Assembly (NCBI GenBank): GCA_002633005.1
Contig: NMRA01000474.1
Span: 62,001 to 126,000, forward strand
Direction of reading: 5' to 3'
DNA from: Phoronis australis
Taxonomy: Eukaryota > Animalia > Phoronida
DNA: 64,000 bases
Made by a program: the position numbers and the translations under genes. The notes beneath the pieces were generated by a model. It saw only the letters and a program-made list of their open reading frames with translations, made no database searches and was not told the origin of the DNA. Below are positions 40,297 through 52,200 of this stretch, piece after piece (position 1 is the first letter of the stretch; every line of letters begins with the position of its first letter).

Positions 40297-43200
40297 TTAG
40301 AATGTTGGAGGAATTGCCCTTGTCTTCTGCCCCTTTCCCAGAGAGGGCGCTCGTCCAAACCATGACATTTTGTACTCCAGTGTCTGCTTAATAAGTTTCT
40401 CTTCATCTGGACTAAAGTCTAACAGCACCGACACAGCCTTTATGAGATGGATTGCCTGAAATAAAGTGGAAACATTGGTCAACTGTTGCGGTCAGTTGGC
40501 TACAACTGCTGATTTACTGGACTTCACTGCAGCCTCCTCTCTGTATTAAATATGAAAACTTCAGGAACAGAAATTATTGTCTTCCAACACACCTCAGTCT
40601 TGCTACTGAGGACAACTTAAAGAGTTTAACTTATCTAGTGAGATGGGCCATTTATGGTGGACTCAACATAATATGGGCCAGCCTGCCCCACCTTAAAATT
40701 GAAATTGCACGTATGATCTGTGCTTAAACTGTACTCTGCACATGCAAACATTTTGTTTGGGAATTCCACCAGGTGGAGTTGGGGAACTCAACCTGATGAG
40801 CTACCAAACACAAACAGTTTTCTAGAGTTTGCTCGCAAATGTCCGACAGTTTGCCGGTGAAGACTGGTTATCAAACTTACCAAAACATGGTCAAATTCTG
40901 ACTTAAACCATGTTTGGAAGTAAATGTTTCGTATAACTTGTCAGTGCAGAAGGGACTTAATCTTTCTCCAGAAGTCAAAAATTATCAAGAATTTATTCTG
41001 ACTATAATTAACCCAGCCATAATCTTCTCGTTGGTACCATTCACTTTAGTCACCTAGAGAAAAGTTCACTGTTGACCTTTGAACTTTCACCTCACCTCTG
41101 CTTCCCTGCTCAGCATGAATTTGAGCACGACGTGCTTGAGGTACTCAAAATTCACGTCTCTCATATCGTCACCATTCATGAATCTCCCCTCGCTGGCTCC
41201 CACGTGAACGTTGAGATGTTGGGCGGCACTATTGCGCGCACCCGTCATGGAATGTTTCTGGGGCTGTGGGACACCGTCCTGCAACGCAGTTAAGCAGCCG
41301 TGAAAACAAACAGAAGCAGACAGACACACAGACAGACAAGCAGACATATAAATACAAAAATTTTTGCGAGTCTGGATAGAATTTAGCATCCAGTTGTAGT
41401 TTCAGTTCACGGACAGAATACATGCTGGACAATATCAGACATCACGCAGTCTGTACCTAATCCCTTTCATGGAGCATTTTGGTCTATTTTAAAATTATTT
41501 ATTTTTCTTCATCAAGTGCAGCAATACTACACAAACTAATACTACATACAAAACTAATTATCATACATTTCAATAAACTACTATTAGAATTACTTTGCAT
41601 TCATGCCATAGTTTTTTATGAAATTTGGCTAGCTATAACTTAGCACAAAATATGAGTTTCAACAAAAACTGATCCTCAGGTGTAAAGACTGAAAGGAATC
41701 TCCAACTGCAAACACTGTTCTTACCACACCATCACTCGTTGAGACAGATAACCTTGCGACCTCCAGGTCACGACCTTCAACCCTGTGCTCGTCATTGGGC
41801 AATGCTTGAACTTTCAACTCTCTTTGCAGCGTCTTCTTCAGGTCGCCCAGTCTCTGCTGCAGCATTTTGATCGTCTGCCAGAAATACGGATCTTTCATTT
41901 GCATAGTAACAATACTCAAGTCACCTGAGGCATCAGCAGTGAGTGTGTACTTGTGATGTGTGTAGATAATACTACTACATTTTAATAGATGTAAGAAATA
42001 AATTGACCCATATAAAACAAAAAATATGGAGCCAAACTGAGTGTCAAATCTACCTGCTTTGACCAACAAGCAACTTTCAAATATTCATACTGAATACAAT
42101 TCACGGTCGTTTCCTTAATTTCTGAAAGGCCATTTTTGACGATTTTCTATTAAAGGACAATGCGTTAAATACTAAGGTCATGGTTATACAACAACCAGTT
42201 GAGTTATAACCAGGACTGAACAGGACAATGCAGAACAGACTTCCTTTAAAAACAACATAACACCACAACCCTTCACCATCACAAAATCAGTCTAAAAGCC
42301 AATACGCACAATAAAACAAAACGCATGTCAAAAACTATCAAATAAGAAGAGGCAGAGTTCATCACTTTAATGGCTGTGCACAAGCAGAATTTCTGGTCAT
42401 GACGACTGACCACAAGCGAATTCGCCATCAGAACAACAGATGAACTGTCAAGACAAGAAATTTGCCACTTTTTGGCGAGTACTGTACAACTGGTTGCATC
42501 CACTCACTTTATTTTTCTCCGTCAACTGCAACTCCAGGTCAGCGTTGACTCGTTCGTAATTCTGCAGCTCCCCCGCATGCATGGCACTGGCAGCCTCCCT
42601 CTGTTGGCTGTCAGCTTCACTTAGCTGAAGCAGACGACAAAAGAGAATCATGTGAATACTGCCAGTTCAAAGAAATAATTACTTAACACAGAAGAAAATT
42701 TTAGCAAGTTTACTCCCGACCATTGACATCCAAAATTTAACCTTATTTCATTTTCATGGTCAACTTGAAATCTGCTAAAATAAAAAATAGCCCAGTGGTA
42801 GTCATGAAATCTCATATATAGCCAAATCCCAAAATACCACATCACAATTTTGATTTCATGATATTTACCCACAATGCTAGGCGCAAGGAGTCTGCTACTG
42901 CCACTGATGTTGTGCTCCACACTACTTCACATCAATATCAGTTTACCATCCATTGTTCTAACATTATGCAGACAAAAAAAGACTCCAAAAATATCCACTG
43001 ATGTCCAAGAAATCCATTTGGTCATCTGTGGATTGATGCCGAGGGAATGATAGTATAATAATTAGGGAGAGTAATGTTGCCCAAAGCCAAAGGCTAAGAG
43101 CAACAGAACTCTCCCAAGGTCCATGTAATCAGTCTCTATGTGTTTTATTATACAACCATTGATGCAAAATCACGCGAGTTTTTGCGAGATATCACCACGC

Positions 43201-46200
43201 GTTACAGGCTTTGTTGTACAGCCATAAAAACCAGTGCAGGTGGCCTGACGTCATTTGCAGTGCATCAAACATGTACAGCCATCATCTGCCCACTAACTTT
43301 GTTGCACAGTCAGGGCTTTTATTAAAATGGTTTCTACAGCGTGCAATTGGTGAGATCACAAATTAGAGTGACATTTGTCATGTGGGCAGCTTGAAAGCTG
43401 ATTTTGCATGACTGACAGTGTATCATAAGTGAAGTCATTGTACGATGTTTTAGCCAATCATGGGACAGAAGCATACTATGGTTATACATTAATCCAGCAA
43501 ATACTCGATTCCAACCTCACTCAGTAAAGTATGAATGAATAAATAACCTATAATTTTCACCTGCTGCATCAACACTTTAATCTCGTCTTCCTTTTTCGCT
43601 ATCGTCTGCTGTGACTCATCTACCACAGCAGATAACCTCCTGACCTCTGACTGGAGGTCAGCTTCTTTCTCATTCCCTGAGTGCTGCAGTTTCTTCATCT
43701 CCTGGGACAACTCAGCATTACGCACTAACAGGCCATCTTTCTCTGAAGAGCATTAATGACAGCCTCGAGTCAAGAGAACGGTTGTACCTAACTCAATCTT
43801 TTATTAACCCCAGTATACGCAGATTACAGACTTAACAAAAAAAAACACTGCCAATAAACCATTTCTAAGGTTTGCGAAGAGAATAATGTGCATTTTCTAA
43901 AAAAACAAGTCCTTTCACTATCTCCACTGCACATGCAGCACTTTGAGAAAGGAATAAAATGTGCCAACTTTACCAGGTACTTGTGAGCAATCTCCTTTGT
44001 CGCCAACTCCAACAATATTTAAAAGGGATCAAGTGGAATTTGCTACCTCATTACACTGAAGAGCTGAACACCAAATAAAAGTTACTGAGGATCCGAAACG
44101 TTACACATTGCTAGGAACTCCTCCTCACCGTCGTTGGCAGCCTGCAGCTCCTCCTGTAGTGCGTTCACTTTGTCGCTGTACTCTGTGACCTTCTCCTTAG
44201 CACCCGTCACATGGCTATCTGACAGTACCATCTGGCGATTAAACAAAGTAAATTCACCAAAGTTTGATCATTTCATACTTTGTTATTGAAAAATTATTTA
44301 TAAAAACTTGAGAAATTAATGGTCAAAAATTATCGTGTGTAAAACCTTGCTTCTTCAACGCGACTCTAGCACTATTCTGAAACACACCTTTTATAATTTT
44401 GTACAATATAGTTTATAGAAAGTTTCACAAAATGAATTACAAATTGACATAACTATATGAATGTAATCATTCAGGATCGACGCGTTCGCCTAACTGCTCA
44501 TCAGCCTTAACGAAAGTAAAAACCAAATATCAAGTTGACCGAAACAAGTTCATGCCCCCACAGCCTACCTTTTCCCTGAGCTGTGTGACCTCTGACCTAG
44601 TTTCCTCCAGTATGCCAAGAGTTACGCTACACTCCCTCTCCTTCCGACCCAGTTCAGTCACCAGATTCTGTTTCTCCCCTTCCAACGACTCAAGCTTCAG
44701 TCTCCACTCCGTCGCCAGCGAGTCTAGTCGCTGCTGCGAGTCCAGTTCTGCCTTACTCATTGCTTGTTCGTGCTCAATCTCTTTCTGTAGGAAATCGGAC
44801 TCTGATGCTTCGAGCTGGCTCTGCAAAGGAATTCAGTTGCTATGACATGAAATGCTTCCCTTTTAAAATATTTTGAATACGGCAAAATGTCATCAATTTA
44901 GGACACAATATGGCAGGTGAAATTATAATTTTTTCATAACAGACAAGTATTGCGAAAGAATGGCTTCATCAGTCTCAACTGGTGCACCCTAGATAGCATC
45001 AGACAGTTTTGAGACACTGTGTGCATTCAGAAATGAAAAATTAAACTTTGGCAATTATTTTTGTTCGCAATTGGTAAAAAATGTTGTACCTTTAGGAGCA
45101 ATCTGATCATTGAAATAAAAATTCTGGAAATAGTCAACAACAAGGGTTCCAAATTTAAATAAGGAGTTTTATCCACTGAATAACAGGAATCGAACTGGTT
45201 CTCAAAATCCGGGACCCCCGTTAGTGACCATTGTCAGAATTCTAATCAGACTATTTGGTATACAATCATCTACTCACTATTCTCTCCCCTGCTTTCCGTC
45301 GTTCAGTGTCCCTCACAGTCTCTAGTTGAAGCACTTCAGACTCCAGAGCTGTGATCTTGGCCCTTAGTTCCGTGTCCGAGTCCATGGAATGCTGAGACAG
45401 ACGGGCTCTTTCCATCTCAAACTCCCGACTCTGAAGGATGAAAAAAGCACATCAGCACGTGTAGGCTTCCATTTGCATACAGACAGGCAGCAGATATGTT
45501 TTAATGGTATATCAGTACACATTACCTTTAACATCTGACATCTCTCAATGTTCATAAAACTGGCATCAAAACAAAAGTGCGTTTCATTGACTTACTGACA
45601 ATGTGACAACGTCTGTATGCAAATAAGGGACTAGCTGCCTACATTGTTACCAAATATGGTAATCAAAGATCGGGCCAATTCCACAGTTCTCTAAACAGAG
45701 ACACACACTCATTCACTATATTCACCAGTAAGCAACAAAGACAACTGGCCCGTTACATTGCCTAGCTTGTGGATTTTGTTCGAGTTACCAATCTGAGCCT
45801 GATGTCACAAGAAGTAAGCAGTCAACATTTCGCTCTAGAACACATCGCAAGTCACCTCTCACAATGCTTCTCTTTCACACATCCAACATTTTAAATGGCA
45901 CTTTTTGAATATTCAACCTTGGGCACTGTGCCTTTGACCAATTTTCTGGGCACGTAGAAATTAAAGCTCTTCTATCTGTTCTTTGTCAAATCAGACTCGC
46001 GCAACAAATGCATACTTAATAGCCAATAGTCAAGCACAGTACACGCATGAAGTGTTCAGACAAAAATAACCCAGAATTCCCTGTCACAGTGGCTGGGGAG
46101 ATGCCCCCCTCCCCCTGTTTACTGAATTAGCACCGTCACCATTGAAAAAACGGTATTTTGTCTTATTACCTTTATTTTGGACTGTATAGCGCAAAAAATT

Positions 46201-49200
46201 ATTATTATTATGGACGTACTTATGAAAAGCTACATTCCACATTCTCCCAAATGTCTGAAAAAGTCGCCATTGACCAAAAAAAAAACGAAGCTCCAATTTC
46301 AATTTCTCAAGTAAATCTGCTGAATATTTAAACATCAGAATAAGTTTGCCTTCCTCACCTGTCTATCAATCACTGCCTCTTTTTCTTTAACCGTCTCCAG
46401 ATGAGCTGAAGCTCGTTTGGATGCTTCCTCTAGACTTGTCCTAAGTGTCTCCACCTGCAACGTCCAAAAATGTTTTAAGGTCCAAAGGCGCGTGTATGCA
46501 AGGGAAACACAGCTAAGCTCCCTCGCATCGAATGAAAGCGCAATATTGGCCACGGAAATGACGCAATTATTTGCCAGAAAAACGGGGATGTGATGACAAT
46601 TGTTTGAAGTTCGTGTTGTAAAAGGTTTCAATCTTGATTGATAACCGTTCCTAAATCAGCATTAAACAGAGCATCACCTGAAATTTTGTGAACTTAATGT
46701 GGAGAAACAATGAACTGTCAGTTCTTTCCAAGCAATCATTTCTAAACTGAATAAAAAACAAGACATGACCCAGTGGCCTACATCAAAACACCGATTCCTT
46801 AAAACAAAAAAGGGTAAACCCTTTAACTAAAATACAGTGAATGCGTCCGTGTGACGCCAGGAATTTCGACAGTATTGTACCTGTAATCAGAGTCTAAGCC
46901 AAGCTACAGGCAAAAAAAGCACAGCACCTGTTTTTGCAAAGATTCCCTGGTGGCCTCTGCTGACCTCTGGCAGCTAAGTAACTCCTCACTGTCCTCTACA
47001 ATCTTAGAGTTTAAATGCGCAATCTGAAATCAGCAAGTTATTCAATATGTCAAGGTACAGTTTTTACCTCGCACCCAATGATAATAACAATTCCTGGCTT
47101 TGTAATATTACACAATCATTAAGTAATCATACAATTACGTGAAATTGGCAATTAAGATTTTTTCATCAGGTTCTGTATTTTCCTTGTCCCCAAAGACAAA
47201 ACAAGAGCTGGTTTTGAAATACTGCACATTTTAGAATTATATCAGTTGCATATCATGTTGTTAGATGATCTGTTACAGGTGTGAGCTAAATTTTTTAACA
47301 TTATTCAAAAGCTATCAAAGCCCCGGAATCAAAAATGAATCTAAACCAAGGCTGACCTGAACAGAACTGTAGTGAAGAATATTTGGAAAATTCCACTGAA
47401 TTGCCACAAAAAACCACAAAAGGATCCCTGTGACAATCTTGTTTACCAGTTTACCAGCTTCTTTAAGATCCAAGTTTCCTTGATTTACCACGAAACAGGT
47501 TTTTCGAAAGTCTAGGTTTTCCTTGATTCAGCGTTTTCCATGATCCATGTGTCTCAGGAACAGTGGTAACTATTAGGTTCAGAGTAACTCAATGTAACCA
47601 GACCCCCCATGAAAAGTGAATGGCATTATACATGACTCACCTGTTGCTCCAGATGGTTTATTTTCTCACTCCACGACGTTTTGATCTCTGTTAGCTGTTG
47701 ACGGGCCTCAGCCAACTTCTGTTCCAAGTGTGTGCGCTGCAAAACACACAATTCAACTTCATATTAATAATTCATCTCCTCACCCAATAGCCATAAATAG
47801 CGTTATGGATTTTTAAACTTTTCTCTCTTCTAAGGTTCAGATTTTTTACAAGAAATCAGTTAAGAAATGAATTACGGTAAAAATTCTCCAATTTGGGACA
47901 GTCTCCAGAATTTGGGACACAGAAACTCCCGCAAAAATTTGATTTTTCTTCATTCTGTAATTTGGAACGAGGGCAATATTGGCATTCACCATATTTCTCA
48001 AAGTTCAGACAATGTGTTTTCAATCTACAGAGAGGGTAATTTGCCCTCTTTCCAGTCATTCTTGAATTTGGGACGACCAATATTGCCTATTTCTAGAATT
48101 TGGGACAAGTTCTGACCTCAAGGAAAACAATTAATTTTCATCACCCGTACCTACACTGAAAGATCAAATCATAATTTGTTTTCATGAAATAGACCCATCC
48201 TTTAGAATGTTATACAACTCTCAGTCACCTCTGTATGAAGTGCCATTGTTTTCTCATCCCCACTCAATTCACTGTCATGAAGCCTCTGTTCCAGTGTCTT
48301 CACTCTGTCTTCTAGATGTGTTATGTGACTTTCTTTCTCCTCCAGTAAAGACGTAGTCTAAAACAGTGGCAATACACAGTCAGACATGGTTCACCATTTT
48401 CTTTTGTGATTATGGTAAAGTTTCTCATTCAAATTCAAATAAAAATAACGGCTAAAATCATTTGTCATTTTTCGTTTTTTAAATGCCAACTGTGTCGCCA
48501 AAATCAAAATTTCACCACATGTTTGTTGATGACAGCCGTACTACAAAATTTTCAAGTAATCAAGTAAAATTGTCACCTTGTTTACTCTAACTGAAAATTT
48601 TAATTAAATAAAACTTTCTTGTTCCGCAATATCATATTCTAATTTGAAAAAAACATCTTTTAAAACAACTCAATCTTGTTTTATGGCTCAACAGCCGATG
48701 GGTTGTATGTGTGCAATGTGTTTTCATAAAGGGTGTGACAATTAATCGAATTATAGTTGACACCCGAGTGACAATTTCGCTATCAATACATCAAGACACA
48801 TTTCAATTCGATTCTTAATTAAAACTTTTGACATTGGCTGTCTTGCACAGTATTGTAAAGATACTGAACAACCCACGTTTAATTTAATTTATAGACATTA
48901 GTCTAAATACACAAACTTATGCACAAGGTCCTACAAAACCTTAACACCAATACCTTGTTTTTATAAACTTCACTTGTCCTCTCTAGTTTCGTATGTTCAT
49001 GCTGAAGATCACTAAGGCTAGATTCTACAGTTGACAAACGACTGGACTTCTGAAATGAAAACATTAAAGATGTGACCACAAGGATATGAGACTGTCCATG
49101 ACTAACTTTAATTTATGACATGTAAGGTGCCTTTACAAATAACACCCCAGTCACCCTGATCGGCTGCACTCCAAGTGATGACAGAAGCCTGATCAACTTC

Positions 49201-52200
49201 GGGGACCTGATTCTAGATTAGAGGTCGAATGTATTGATGAGGATGCAGTCTAGCTGATGACAGCACACTACATCCGAGTTTCAGGTAATTTACTTTGGCA
49301 TGCCTTTATGAATAGGGTTGACTTGGTGCTTAGCTGGTGTGTGGGTTGCTGTCCTCAGAATTCCTGTGATTTCCTAAGAGACCAGACTGGGATAAAGCAC
49401 CTCCCCTAGCCCATGCCTCCATGTAGCAAGTTCTGCTATTCTGATGGGAAGCTAATTTTTGCGGTGCATAAAACTTTAATAACTCTTGGAGTGATAATGA
49501 ACACACTCTTGTTGACACTATACGGGGTGAGATGAAGAGCATGGCCAGTCAGTAGATTGACACATACATTACAAAATGGGATGAATTGAAAAGAATGGCC
49601 AGTTGATTCAAAGACATTATAGTTATATAGAGTATCTTTGGTAGATTGACACATAGATTGCAATACAGGGTGAGGTGAATGCAACCCGTTCATTGTGAAC
49701 AAAATTTCTAATGAGAAACAAACAAAGACTTCCAGGAGTAAGCAGAACACAATTCCATACAAGTGAATTTAAATATACCAAAAACGCTTACCTCTTCATA
49801 ATTACTATTAAGTTCTAGTAAACCGGACTGTAACTTGCTAACATTTTCTTGCAATGATTCATTTTCCAGCTCTAGTCTATTTTTACTCTCCGTTAAACTG
49901 CTCAATTCCTCTTGCTTAGATTTCACACTACTCTCGAGCTGCGACACGTTTTCTGTTGCGGTTTCGAGTAAAGTCATTTTTTCCTGAAGATAGCTTCGAC
50001 ATGAAGATAACTCTTCTTCTCTGTTCAGCAGCTGAAATGAGCAAGCATGTCATAAATGGATGGTAAACACACTGGGTAATTATTTGCTGTCAATGAAAAT
50101 TTGGCATTGTCAGTCACAACGTAACAAACATGTGGCAGGCTAAATTGAAAGACATTTCACGTCTGCTAGCGTGCTGCAACACAATTAGAAAAGGATGGCA
50201 AACATTTAGTCAATAAGATTTTCTTGCGCTATGATGAAAACAACACGAAATCGGAGAATGTCAATTCAATCACCTGCCGAAGTCATAACAGTGTTACAGT
50301 ATTAAACACCTCTCCAGTGAGCGCATTAATGACAAAAAGTGCGGCCTATTATGCTACGCTTTTAGCCAAGGTGTGAACAGTGAAGAAATATGTTCACTTG
50401 GGAGACAAATCACCAATGCTTCACACGTTAATAAATGAAATACTTGAGTAGTGTCAGAAAACCCGAGAAACAATCTAAATAAGGTTGTTACAATCACAAC
50501 AATCAAGTGGCGGAGATGAAACTGAGGGTGAAAATGAATGTGGATGACAGCGATGGATAGACAGGCGTACACAGCTAGAGCAAAATAAAATTAGCACTAC
50601 CCTGAACATACTGGGAAAAAAGGAGGCTGGGCTTCACCTGTCAATCATTACTGGGAATTGCTAAATGAATGCCCGGCAAGGACTGTATTAACAGTCGGCA
50701 CCAAGATGATTAACTTTTCTTTAATATGGTGTGACTGCTTGAAAAAGTGTTCAATGTTGAATTAATATAGAAAATAATAGTCATGCCTTGTCACAATCCA
50801 TGTACAAAGACAGAGACCTTAGATATAATGCTAGTGTTTGCTAGAGCCCTCTTGTTTTCAAAAGAATGTTTCTGTCTGAGAAACAAGGTAACAAAACATT
50901 CAGTTTGGTCCAGATACTAATAACTAACCATATAAGGAACAAAAGAGGTTGAACGTCTCCTGTCAATCACTACTCACTGACTGATCATACCACAACGAAT
51001 AACTCACCACCAACACACCCATAACCATATAAAGAACTAAGAGGCGGGGTTTCTCCTGCCAGTCACTACTCACTAAGTGTTTCACCTTGGCAAGCTCCTG
51101 TGATGTCAGTCCTTGGAGCTCATCATTTGCCTCTTCAGTTTTATAATACTTTTCCTTGTAAGACTCTGCTTCCTTCAGCTTTTCATCCATCTCTGCCTTC
51201 TCCTACAATATAGACATAAGCTGGTCACTCACAGCCTCTCTAACCCTGCGTTCTCCTACAATATAGACATAAGCTGGTCACTTACAGCCTCTCTAACCCC
51301 ATCTTTTGATTCATAACTTAGAGCACTGATCACTATGAAATTGGCCTCCATTTGTTCCTTATTCAAATTAGGGATGACTTATGGGCTTATAGAAACAACT
51401 GGACATCACTTACTATTTTTGACCATGTTCATCAAGTTGGCTTGTCACGCCGAGTCATTTTATGTGTCGAGCAAGATCTCAAGTAATATACTAACAGAGC
51501 TCTTTCCACAGCCAGAACTATTTCTCATGTGAATAAGGAACATGTTGGGACCAAACTCTTAGCAGTAATTGGTCTATCAAAAGTTAATTTCTTTGATGGA
51601 AAGCAAGTTTTTATCAGCTTTAGTATTTTTACAGTGCCCTACAAAATACTGATTGATACCAATGATTCAACAAAATGGAAATGAATTAGAAAGATAGCAC
51701 AGCTATGTGCACAAATGCATATACATGTTTTAACTAACATTCCTGATATAACAAAAATTTTAGCTTGTGCCTGAGTAAAGTTTACTTTCTTACTATGTTT
51801 TAATTCTACTGTTTGATAACGTCTAGTACATAGACAGGAGCACAGCAAGGCACTGCTCGCACCTGCAGCAACCTTAACCCCCAACCAGAGTTATAAAATA
51901 CTTTTTCGCTTCAATTACAACAGGTCTGATAATCCTTTAGGTTCGGTTCAGGTGAAATTCTCAACCTTGGTTCTCCATTCTAATACACTTCAGTTGAAAG
52001 CTGCTATGAACCAGCCTTCAGTCAAAAAGTAACTTATGATATCGGCCACTTGTAACTCGTTCCCTATTCGGACCTAGAATTACACGGCTTCTGGGCTTGG
52101 GAAAAACGGACGGATCGTCATTGCTCAAGACCAGGCTGGACAAGACAAACTTCTTAAGCACTGGTTGGATATAGTAAATCTTGATTCAGAGAACCAGGTA

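Noticed and set aside
44055-44106. Hammerhead-like CTGAGGATCCGAAACGTT
   Set aside because: No stem II or stem I pairing.
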